Part shown: positions 11,301 through 22,240 of the stretch, piece by piece | Numbering within the stretch: position 1 is the first letter of the stretch | Layout of the letters: the number at the start of each line of letters is the position of its first letter | Source of the DNA: Psammoneis japonica | Taxonomy: Eukaryota | DNA: 64,000 nucleotides | Reading direction: 5' to 3' | NCBI GenBank assembly: GCA_008632985.1 | Contig: QPGO01000013.1 | Coordinates: forward strand, 248,001 to 312,000 | Notes under the pieces: model-generated | Seen by the model: the letters and a program-made list of their open reading frames with translations, nothing else | The model's database searches: none | Told to the model about the DNA's origin: nothing | Translations under genes and position numbers: made by a program

Positions 11301-13880
11301 CTGTTGGAATTTGTCCACCACTTGGCTGTCATGTGTTGCACAGTGCTTGCTCTTCACATTGTCCTTTGAAGTGAGAATGTTTGATGTCATGCTCTTTGTT
11401 CCAAGCTTTGCAACCCTCCCCCCATCCAGGCATGGCACAGTCTTTGTCCAGGGTGTCCACTCCTGTGTTCATGGATGGGTCAACCTTGTTCTTGGCTGGT
11501 CACATGTTGTGTGCCAGTCTCCAGTTTGCTGCCATGCTGAGGGTGGAGCTGTTGTCAACGATGATCTCAATTGTCCATCTTGACTTTTTTCATTGGCTTG
11601 ATTTGTGCTTGTCTCTGGTCTTTCATTTGCCAGTTGCAACCTGTGCCATGCAGTGCTCCTGTTTTAGCTGGAGCAGGCTTTCAGTTGGATCTGGTGGTGT
11701 TGATGCTCACATTGTCACCATCCACCTCAAAAAGTGGTCATCATTCAGAAAGGGGGCTCCACTTTGGCCATGACCTCCTGCAGCAGAGAGGAGCCAGTGT
11801 CTGTGCCAAGAGGAAAAGTGTGACCACAAACAAGGGCTCGGGAGAGGAGCCAATCCTCACAAAGTCTAACAAATTGGAAAAAAAGATTTGTGGGGAAAAA
11901 TGCCAGACAGCAAAAACATTTTGCAGGGGGGGGTTTTCTCTGGCAGTTTTCCCATGAGCAATGTCACAACTCTGGTGCTGGTCCGCTGACCCTGGGGTGC
12001 AGTGTGCACAGACCAATGTCATCAGGGCCATGCAGTTGACAATCAATGTCTCCACTTTTCACATGGCCAGACCATGGCTGAATGCCACATCTTTCCATCA
12101 ATGAATGTGGGCAGATTTGCACTCATGCAAGGACATTGAGTGCTTGGGGTGATGAACACACTGCTCTGATGTGACTGCACAACACATCACATCCAAATTG
12201 CAGCAGCCCTTTCTGCATGATGGTGCGTGCTGGACATCTGAATGGAATGTGAGCACAGACAACATTCACAATTGTGAACAGAATCAGCAACAGCATCATT
12301 GTGTCAACAACAATGCTGGTTTTCAGAGAGTGTTTGTCTGGTTTGATCTGCCTTGCTGAGCTGCTGCACTTGCAAAAAAAATGCAACCTCTCCTGTCCTG
12401 CTGTCCATCACACAGAGATTTGCATGCTCTGCTGCTGCCACCCTGACACCACAAAAGAACTGCACACCAGTTGAGCAACATCCTCAAGAGCCAGGGATTT
12501 GAGACAAATCCACATGACATCTGTGCAGTGAATGAGGTGGTCAATGGAAATCAGTGCTCAGTGAGTGACCTCAAGATCTCTCACAGCATGGACTCTGCTG
12601 TTGTGACAGTTGTTCTGTTGAAGTCTTTGTTGCAGAAGAGTGTGCAGCAAACACTCTGATCTGCTGACCATGGCTCAAGTTGACATTGTCCACAAACATC
12701 TTGGCATGGCTGCTGGCCATGGCAAAAAAAGAGAAAGTGCAAGCTGGGCAGGCTCTTGTGTGTCAATGAAATGAGAGAGCCCCAACCTGCATGTGGTGAC
12801 ACAACCCTCTCCTGTTTGAAGTCAGTGAAGAGCACTCAGTGACTCCATTGGGTGCAGATGAAAAGGATGCAGTCTGCTCCATAAAAGGCTTGGCCAGACT
12901 CAAGCCGCAACTTTGTTTCTGTGCACACAAACCTGGGGCTGAGGAGTGGACATGGGTTGCTCTTGCTGAGCACATTTTGACATGAAAGGTCACATCACAG
13001 TTGCCTTGAGTTCAGGAGGAGGAAAAAATGCCAGACAACAACTTTTCCAAGCAAAAGCTGAGCATGAGGAGTTGCACAGCAACTGAGTTGGCTTGTGTGG
13101 TGGTGCACAATGGCATGCCCACACTTTTTTGTGGACAAGAATCTTTGTGCAGGGCCTGAGGTGATGGGAAACAAAGGAAGGGCAACAACCTCATCAAAAA
13201 AAGACAACAAGAGCATGCTGCTTGGTCTTGGAAGCCCAAAGCATGGGCAAATGTTGAGAGCTGAGCAAACAAAAAGTGCATCAATGTGAGATGCCTTTTC
13301 TTGACTGGCTGCACTCTGAAGGGAGACTTGGCCATAAAGTGTTGTCCAGCTGGGGCAGTGCAATTGGCTTTTTTTGTGCCAAGCTGCTGCAAGAGCTGTG
13401 CGGCTCTTTAGGTTTTAAAAAGTCAGACCATCAAGAACATGTCAAATGATGGCCTGGGTCAATGGGGTGGATGTGCCATCTTGTGAGCATCTGCAACCAA
13501 GAACAGCAACAGGACCAACTGAACAGAAAATGGTGCTGAAGATGATGCCAACTTTGGAGCAAGGTTTGCAAACAAGAACAAGAGTGCTGTGAGGGCAATG
13601 CAAGCTTGTGACAAAAAAATTCTGGACACTGGGCAAAAGAGAACAAAACTGGCAAAGTGAGAAAGAAGAGGGGCAAATGACATTGGCTTGACACTCTAAC
13701 ATGATTGTTTGTCCTGTCACTCATTGGTGCATGCAGCAGCCATTGCACAAGAATGGATCTGTGGTTTTGCATGTCCAGTGCCAAAACTGCCAGAAGTCAT
13801 TGTTTCAATGCAAGGGAAAGAAACCTCTTGCTTCTTCTCCTTCTTTGTCAACAATTTTTTCATGTTGTGCTTCAAAAACC
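8306..13880. mobile_element. Nested, highly decayed copia-type relics on both strands
   Basis: Fragmentary motifs, e.g. GFETNPHDICAVNEVVNGNQC (~12490, + strand; resembles copia RT GFxxNPYDxCV) and integrase-like fragments on the minus strand. Nearly devoid of TA and CG. Boundaries approximate. Confidence 0.6.
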
Positions 13881-13889
13881 AGGACCGCA

Positions 13890-14440
13890 TGCCAGCGGCC
13901 AGACTCTGCTGCAATCACCAGTCATGATGAGAGGCTGTGAACTGCAATGTGCAGAGTTGTGAGGCAGCTCTGGGCCCTTGTCTTATTCTGGATCATTGTG
14001 TGATGGCTGACTGAGGTGTGGAGTCAAAACATGGACCCAGCCAGTGGCCAGACTCTGCTGCAATCACCAGTCATGATGAGAGGCTGTGGGATGCAATGTG
14101 TGGAGTTGAGAGATTGACAGCTGACTGAGGTGTGGAGTCAAAACACAGACCGAGCCAGTGGCCAGACTCTGCTGCAATCACCAGTCATGATGAGAGGCTG
14201 CAGACTGCAATGATCTGTGTGAAGTTGAGAGGAGGAACTGAGCCCTTGTAAACACTGGATCATTGTGTGATGGCTGACTGAGGTGTGGAGTCAAAACATG
14301 GACAGCCAGTGGCCAGACTCTGCTGCAATCACCAGTCATGATGAGAGGCTGTGGACTGCCATGTGTGGAGTTGAGAGGGAGCTTTGGGCCCTTGTGTCAT
14401 GCTGGATCATTGTGTGATGGCTGACTGAGGCATGGAGTCA
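13890..14440. repeat. Tandem repeat, 4 copies of a ~115-150 bp unit
   Basis: Core gccag(t/c)ggccagactctgctgcaatcaccagtcatgatgagaggctg at ~13891, ~14040, ~14154 and ~14305. Confidence 0.9.
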
Positions 14441-14769
14441 TTCTGTTGAACTGCAAGAACACTTGCTTGTCTCATTGGGAAAACCATGACAACATTTGAT
14501 GATGTGAACAGATGTGATCTCTTCTGCTGGCCCTTTGCCCATGCCATCTGCTGCTCCTTCCTGGCAGCTGTGCTTCTGCCCTTTTGGTTCTGCTGATGCC
14601 TTTGCCACTCACCTCATTCAATCTCCCAAATGCACCTCTCTTCTCTGCTGCCACCGCTGGTCACACTTGACCTGCTTGATCATGCCCAGCAGAGAGGAAG
14701 TTCCTGTAAATGAGAAATCAAACTACGTCAAAAGTACAAGGATGAGAAGATGCAGTTATCCAATCGATT

Positions 14770-16086
14770 CTATCTCATGTCATTGTGCGCTTCATCAATC
14801 TTTCGAATGGCCTCGAGACCACCTGACACAATGCCAACAACTTTGCCTGATAAATCTCTGTCGTCTGCAAGAGGATCATCTGGGTTGATTCTGACAAGCA
14901 TTGCTTCACCACCCCTCCTGGTTAGCTGCTCAACTATGGACTCTGACTGACAGCGGGATGTGGGCACATTATGGCCACACCCAATTTCAATGATGCACAC
15001 TTGCATGGGGTCAAGATGACCTCGCTCTATTGCCAGAGAGAAGAGAGCCCTTTTCCACAAGTCAAATCTTTGTTCCTGCGCCTCATTGTCTGACCAATGC
15101 AGGTCTCCAAACATCAAAATTGCCGGTCTTGCGGGTGCTCCGCACTCACCACATTGGGGCCAATTGGGAGAATCAGAGCTCCACCCTTCACCCTCTGCCC
15201 CAATCATGCACTTCAAAGGTGCCTGCCTTTTCCGGCCCACGACATGCCCCACGTGTGTGCCAGTGTCGGCATTGCCACCAGGTTCTTCCTGATTGATGGC
15301 ATTGTCATTTTCATCAGTGGCAGACTTTACAGCAATGGCAGTTTGAGGCGCCAACATTGAGTCTGAATCCACTGCAAAGCGATGGTTCATCGGTGCCTGC
15401 CAGATGTTTGCCGCGCAATTTTTTTGTGGGCCCAACCAACGCTCAACGCCTTCAAGGTTTTGGTTCGACTCAAATCGAAGTCGAGTCTTGGAACACTGCC
15501 AAAGCTCAATGTTGCCGTGACATTCACGCATCTCGTTGGCATCAAATACGTCAAAGCTGTGCGCATCGACGTTGGACGTAAAGGTGAAGAAAGCCCCGGC
15601 ACATCCCTGCACCTCGCATGGCTTGGTGTCAGAGAAATCAACCTTGTCCGAATCATCATCGTGAACAAGAGACGAAGCGGAGACTTGCCCTACTTTGGCT
15701 CGAATCTCATCAGCTGTCGGTTTCTTGTTCTTGTCATCTCGCCACTTGGCAACAATGTGACATCCCTCGTGAGGCTGTGCATCACGACAGTCGTTGAAAC
15801 ATTGCCCCCACCATCCACAAAAAATGCCAGGATCGGTTTGAACCCAGTGCGGCTGACAAATGTCGTGACATTCGAGTCCACGATCCAAGTGCGCCGGGAC
15901 ACGAGCAACGTCCGCACACACGGCCAGCCCACTGTCTGCGCTAAAACCGGCGCCCGTCATGAGAATCAAGACGTGAGCTTGGGCGAGTGCTTCTGCTGCC
16001 ATGACGCAGTTTGCGTTAACGGTGTCTTTGAGTTGTTCCAGTGTTTCAGAATCACGGCTGCGCTGAAAGAAATCTTCGTCAATCAT
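14770..16086 (-). pseudogene. Sir2/sirtuin-family NAD-dependent deacylase; ORF open but hypermutated, function uncertain
   Basis: Motifs TGAGFSADSGL, TSNVDAH, ECHGN, CGECG..RPAILMFGD, EIGCG and RINP. No Tyr in the 454-aa ORF. ATG at 16086 (MIDEDFF). Confidence 0.8.
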
Positions 16087-16207
16087 GATGATGCCTCGTT
16101 CGCTCTTCACAATCAGCCGCACTTTGCAGTGCACTGATTAGATTGAGCATCACATGGAACATCATCGATCCGAAACGCACACGAAATAAAGATCGTAAGA
16201 AGCACGA

Positions 16208-16413
16208 TGGGGGACGTCTTCGGAAGTGAGACTGTCGAAGAAAGTTACGTAGATTTTGCACTAAAACAGTCTGTCAATCAGTGCGATTGGGTGTTTGGGA
16301 CCTCTGGACAGATCCTGCGTGTTTTCTTTTGCGCACAAATTGCACTGGGAAAACCCCAAACGCACTGGCGATCAGACCGCCTTCGACGATCTCACTTCCA
16401 AAGACGCCCCCCA
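16208..16413. mobile_element. MITE with TGGGGG...CCCCCA termini and 4-bp TSD ACGA
   Basis: ~33-bp imperfect TIRs; ACGA at 16204-16207 and 16414-16417; reverse-complement homolog at 63630-63855. Confidence 0.88.
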
Positions 16414-16439
16414 ACGAGGCACTGTGGAGTGAGCAGGAC

Positions 16440-16624
16440 TGGGGGAAGTCTCCAGCCAGCTGCTGGCTGAAGAATTTTGTGTGGAAATTGCACTGAAAGA
16501 TTCTGTCAATCTGTGCGTTAGGGGGTTTTGGTGAACGCTGGACAGACTCGTCTTCTTTTGCGTGCGTAAAAATTGTACTTGCAAACCCCCATTTCAGCCA
16601 GCAGCTGGCTGGAGTCTTCCCCCA
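16440..16624. mobile_element. Related MITE with 4-bp TSD GGAC
   Basis: 32-bp TIR tgggggaagtctccagccagctgctggctgaa with one mismatch; GGAC at 16436-16439 and 16625-16628; interior resembles the adjacent MITE. Confidence 0.88.
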
Positions 16625-16939
16625 GGACGGAAAACCCAAAAACGAAGCGGGATTCAGGATGGAGGCGGATGGCGAACGCGGGACAGACCTCCCTCCAAGC
16701 CGTCAGCGCGCAGCTCGCGCGGCGCTCGCGAGAACTTCGGACTGGTGAGGAGCGCGAGGACCTCGCAGTGACAACGATGACGAACAACAACACCGCACTT
16801 TGAAACATTCAGAACGCGAGAACAAACCTTGAGATCGTTGCAAAAGCAGCTGGAAGAGAAACTGATTCCATATTCATAGATAGAAGAAAGGACGTTTTTC
16901 GTTTACGCTTTGTTTACGGTGATTTTTGAAGCTGCTGTC

Positions 16940-17878
16940 ATGACTCTGTTCAGATTATTGGTGAGGTCTTTTATTCTTTCTTGCACCCTCCTCTTTGGTG
17001 CAGTTTCGGTTTCTCACACGACTGTTCCGCTCTTCTTTTTGAATTTTCAGTTTTTCATCTTGTTATGTACGATTGTACTAGTTGTTTGGGCTGAAAAACC
17101 GGTTCGCAATGTTCGAGTGAGTTTCGGGAATCGAAAAAAGGACTACAAAATATCGGGGGTTTCCACCGTGGGAGAATTACAGCTGCGCATTCAACAAAAG
17201 ACGGGTATAGATCCATTGCAACAGGGCCGAGTCATGTTTGATGGCCGGTCTCTGTCGCCTTTGGATAGGTTGCGTGACGTGGGCGTACGGAGTGGTTCTC
17301 GTATACGCGTCGTCTCGCCGCCAATCGCGCAAAAGTCCATGCCAACAATCACGAGTACTCCATTCACCACGCCAAGCGAGAGTTTTACTCGACTTGCAGA
17401 ATTTGCGGCTGGTTGTTTTTCTCAAATTGAATTTCGAATGAGCGTAGACTACATTTGGGATATATTGAAAGCGTCTCAAAGAGTCTTGAACAGCACAGAA
17501 TTTCAGGAATACATTGCAGACCCAAAGGAACTACTGCACATGTTCGAAGACCTTCGAAAAAGGCTACTGAACGAAATTGATTTTGCCGAAATGCAGGACC
17601 TTCCTATAGACAATGCCTTGTATGATACGTTATTCAAGTCCCTCAACAACTCCGACTCGTGGCGAAGCTTCTTGTTAACTCAAATTGAACAGTTTCGAAA
17701 CATTGATCTCAGCAGCCCGGTAATGTCTCAAGTTAAACGAGAGCTTACAAAGGCGTTTGATGAGGGTATGGATATGCTTCACGACTCGGACTTTCGAGAG
17801 TTCTTGAAGGATGAGGACCCAGGATTCTATGATTTCTTACAGGAGAACCTGGACGACTTTTCAGACAGCAATGAATAA
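16940..17878 (+). CDS. Ubiquitin-like-domain protein with hydrophobic N-terminus and helical C-terminus
   Basis: UBL-like segment VRVSFG...STVGELQLRIQQKTGIDPLQQGRVMFDGRSLSPLDRLRDVGVRSGSRIRVV; normal TA content. A small intron near 17003-17050 is possible. Confidence 0.75.
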   Translation: MTLFRLLVRSFILSCTLLFGAVSVSHTTVPLFFLNFQFFILLCTIVLVVWAEKPVRNVRVSFGNRKKDYKISGVSTVGELQLRIQQKTGIDPLQQGRVMFDGRSLSPLDRLRDVGVRSGSRIRVVSPPIAQKSMPTITSTPFTTPSESFTRLAEFAAGCFSQIEFRMSVDYIWDILKASQRVLNSTEFQEYIADPKELLHMFEDLRKRLLNEIDFAEMQDLPIDNALYDTLFKSLNNSDSWRSFLLTQIEQFRNIDLSSPVMSQVKRELTKAFDEGMDMLHDSDFREFLKDEDPGFYDFLQENLDDFSDSNE

Positions 17879-18167
17879 TGTTAGATGACTTTCATAGTTT
17901 TATCATTTCGTGTTGCCCCTTGGGATGTTATCTTGTTGAATCAGCTAGCTGCTAGTAGCTAGTCTGGAGCTTCGTGGCGACTGAGATGCTTTCGCAACAT
18001 CTTCAGATGAAGCGGACGACGGGTAGACTCCTGCGCCAAAGTTCGGCCTTGCGCGTCTTTTTTGGCGGGACGACGGAAGCGCATGCGAGGAATTTAGGGC
18101 TAGGGCCCTATCTTCATGTTCAATGTTGTGTTGCAGCAAAAAGCAACGCTTCATTCCAACTGACAAA

Positions 18168-21100
18168 ATGAGTTTAGATCATCGCTTTGCAGCGGACTCG
18201 TTTGGTCACGAGTTTGCTCTTGCTCAAAAGGAGGAATGGACCGATTATTACATTGACTATGTCGCCATTATGAATTTTCTAACGGAAATGAAACACAACT
18301 ACCGAGAAGAACCGCGACGACTCACCTACCGCCATCGAATTCGTGCTAGTGCTTCACATTTGCTTGATCTCGTCCCTCAAACAGAGACACGGGAACTGTC
18401 GAGTACGCCAAACAGTGGAGGCTATGCGTTGGTGAAACGAATGAGTGAAGGGGCGCTGTCCTTGTCGAGAAATGTGTTTCATGTTGACAACAGAGAGAGA
18501 CTTGAGGAAGTGCAGGAGGAAGAAGGGAGGTACCGAGAAGCATGGGGATTTGAGTCAAGCGATGGTTCCTTGAATAGTGAAGCTAGCGTTGGTCCGGAGA
18601 GACCGGACAGTGATCAAGCTCGACTATGTGCTATGCTAGATGATGAATTGGAGAAGGTCGGCCTCTTTTTTCTTCAAGAACAGGGGCGAGTGTCACAGAC
18701 TCTTCTCGAGCTGGCAAAACGATACGGAGATCTGCGCTTGAAAATGGATCAATCATATGACCCCGAAGAAGAATTTCAAATTGCTCGTGCCACTGCCGAC
18801 AAGCTTGCCGAGGAATACCGTTTGGCGGGTCGAGCTATCCTGGAACTGTTTCACTTTGTTGCAATCAACATGACTGTTCTTCGTAAGCTATTGAATCGTC
18901 ATGATGCCATTGTCCGAAAGGGTCTGAGAGAAAAGCCTCCTTTGCTGCGTCGATGGTATGTCCTCAGCAGAACCTCGGAGAAGACTCGTCGTGGGTATCT
19001 TGGAACGCTGCTGAGTCATATTGCCTTGGATGCGCTCGAAGGCTCAGGTAGGTGAAATGGGGAGAAAGAATTGAAAAATCAACGTTTTATCATTGGGGTT
19101 CTCACCCGTTGTTTTCGCGGCGCGGACAGTACGACGCAACATTGCGCATGTTATACCATCGCTCCTTCCAATGGAAGAAGCAGCCGAGGTGTACGGACAC
19201 AGCGGTGAACAACACATTGGGGACAGATATCGTGACTTTGACATTGACAGGCTAGTCGAAAATATTGAAGCAGTTGCATCAAAGGTATGAAGGGCGAGAG
19301 CGACATACTGCATTTGTTGAGTCTGTGGTTCACAATCGTGATAGAATCGCTCAGCTTGCCAACTATCTCTGTCTCTTTCTCTTGTCAGATGAAAAGGGCG
19401 GAGAAACGGTCCTTTCAGGATTTTGTCGTTGAAGGCTCACTTGGCAACGACATTAGTTTTGAACCTACCGTACTCGGAAGCAAATTCAACCCTGTCATGG
19501 ATCAAGGTGATGCTGATATGCACTACTATGCGAATTGGCGGAAACGCGAGAGAAGAAAGGCCATCGCCGCCGATGTAGCTTCCTTCAGCGAGGGTAGCAA
19601 GGCAACGGAGGCTGATACGAAGTGGCCTCTTGGATTGTGGCTCAATCTTCTTTCGACATTTTTCTACATGATCAACTACTTTATTGCTGGTCCTACAAGT
19701 GTTAAGTACATCAAAGCACTGGGAGGACATGGCGCGCTTGCTAGTGAGTGAGCTTTCCTTGTATTTCAGGTTCTCAGCGTAGATTGCACGTGCTTCTCTA
19801 ATATTTTTGCCGGTCTCGATGATCAACCGTTCATCCATAGGTATGGTGATTGGCGCGACACCCTGGGCTGTGATGGCATCCACCTTTATTTTCTCTATAT
19901 GGACAAACTATAGTTTCAAGAACCCACTCATCATGTCGGGCTTGCTGCTTTGTATCGGAAACCTCATGTATGCTTCCGCCCTGCATTTCGAATCCATAAC
20001 TTTGGTGATGGTTGGTCGCATGGTCATTGGATTCGGTGGACCGAGATTAATAAATCGTCGCTACATTGCAGACACTGCCACAATACAACAACGAACCGCG
20101 GTTAGCGCTGCTTTTGTGACATTTAGCGCGGCGGGGACAGCGGTGGGGCCAGGCCTTTCCGTCGTTCTACAGCACGTCGACACTATCCTACACGGTATGC
20201 ATCTCTTTTTCGTCGCTTGCTATTCTTGCTTGATCGCCAACTAAATTTGCCGTCTCCCTTTTTGACTTTTAGTTCCAATCCTTGGACCCGTAAAACTGAA
20301 TGGACTGACCGCCCCGGGCTATTTCATGTTGGGACTATGGCTCACCTTTTTTGTAGTCATGATGGTCACGTTTGATGAGCCAGAGAGAACTGGACTGCAA
20401 CAGCAAAAGAACGTAACTGGCCATGTCAAGAAAGAATCGAAGGATGTAATTTGTGCGCCGCACGAAAATGAAAGTTTGGTCAAGTCTCAGTCAAACAAAG
20501 GAAGAGAAGAATACGGGTCTGCGTCATCTGACGAAGACGAATCAGGCAGCTTCGACGTTGAAAAACCAGAAATTGACGACGGATGGTGCTGGATGAAGAT
20601 GACTTGGCCAGTGCTCATGTGCCTTTTGCTCCTCTTTATCGACAAGCTATCGATTGAAGCCTTGATTTCATCGTCGCCAATTATTACTGACAACCGGTAC
20701 GATTGGTCTGTGCACATGATTGGAGAATTGGGAGTCCTAATTGGTCTGTTGGTGATTCCCCTAAGCATCTGTGTTGGATGGCTGAGTCGTCGCATTGACG
20801 ACGGTAAACTACTTCTGTGGCTGTTGTACTTCACGGCATTTGGGTTGATTCTGTTGCTTGACATAAGTGAGCTCGGTGGTGCCGAGCGATCACTAGCGAC
20901 TGAGCGGAGGTTCTTGAGTGGTGTTGGCCCTCATCGGTATGTTTACGGATGCCTTTTCTGCTTCAGCGGACTACAGGCAATGGAGAGCATCATCATGTCG
21001 ACATTGTCCAAGGTTGTGCCTTTCTCGTTAGCCGTCGGTACTTGCAATTCCGGGCTTCTGAATACTGAAATCGGAACTTTCGGAAGAGCTATCGGTGACT

Positions 21101-21228
21101 TGTTGGTCACGCTTATTGGATTCGCTTCCTTGGACAACTTGTTGGACTTGCTTGTGACACCCCTTTTGCTGGCTATGGGGTTTTGCATCATTCTGGTGAC
21201 CATCAACTATGATGTCTTTCGGGTTTAG
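18168..21228 (+). CDS. SPX-MFS (VPT/PHT5-type) phosphate transporter, 5 exons
   Basis: SPX motifs FG...EEWTDYYIDY, LDDELEKVGLFF and AINMTVLRKLL, followed by MFS helices (GRMVIGFGG, RRYIAD). GT-AG introns at ~19048-19129, 19285-19388, ~19745-19840 and ~20195-20272. Confidence 0.88.
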
Positions 21229-21318
21229 CTTTGTTTTGACGCAATCGCGTCAGTTGTTTTTTAAGTAGCAACATGGCCGGTAGAGTAGAAAGCAAAACTT
21301 AAGTATGAAGATGCTAAC

Positions 21319-22240
21319 CTACAAGTCCCCATCTGTACCATTTATAAAGTTGTAAAAGCCCGGAGGCATATCCGTCATCAATCCGCTCGCTTCCAGTGCT
21401 CGGAGATCCTGCAGCAGTCTTTTTCCGTGGGCTCCGTCAAGGTCAAGTTTCTTTATCTCTCGTATGTTCCAGAGAGTAAGCTCCCTCCAAGCGACGGGAT
21501 CATTGAGCGCTCGCTTCATCAAGAGAGGCATGTTTTGCATTGTATTTGTCACTTGCCGCTCGTTTGCAAATTGTCGGAACCGCTCGATTTCCGCGAAAAA
21601 TTCCTTGGGATCTGCCGCCATGTACCGCTCAAAGACAGAACTACGTGTTACCTTCTGAACCAGCATCATGAGATCCACCAGCGCTTGAGGTACATCATTC
21701 TTCCATCTCGTTTTACCTAATCGCCTAGTTTCATCGAAGCAGTCCACTGCAAATGCAACGACTTCGTCCCAACTCGGATTGCTATCTACGTTCTCGCTGG
21801 TTGATTCATTTTCTGGTTTTCGTTTCGCGGTCGGTACAATCTGAATTTCCGAGCCATTGGAAACCCCAACGTCCTTTAACTTATCCATCGGGGACAATCT
21901 TTGTTCACCAAACATTACATTTCCTTGCATGATGGGCTCCATTCCCGTCTCTTGTTGAATCCGCAGTTGCAGCTCCCCCACAGTCGAAACACGCGACACT
22001 GTAAAATCTTTGCCAGACACATTTACTTTGATGTTACGGACTGAACCCCTTTTGGCACGAACAACAGCAATGCTCTTTATAAAGAACAAAGAGAGTCAAA
22101 CAGTAATTTTTAGGTATGAGAAGTCAATGGCATGCTGTGCGTGAATAAATCACGAAGAAACCTGAGCTTTCTCACTGCTTTCTCACCCAAACCCAGAAGA
22201 ACAACAACAACCTGACGATACGACTCCTATGTGACTTCAT
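21319..22240 (-). CDS. Ubiquitin-like-domain protein, paralog of 16940-17878; probable short hydrophobic first exon and intron(s)
   Basis: Shares VSTVGELQLRIQQ.TG..P..QG.VMF...LSP.D.L.DVGV and the C-terminal PGFY motif. Upstream ATG at 22240 (MKSHRSRIVRLLLFFWVW). Exon structure inferred. Confidence 0.72.

Noticed and set aside
13890..14440. CRISPR-like array
   Set aside because: The intervening segments are homologous to each other, there are no cas genes, and the context is eukaryotic. It is an ordinary tandem repeat.
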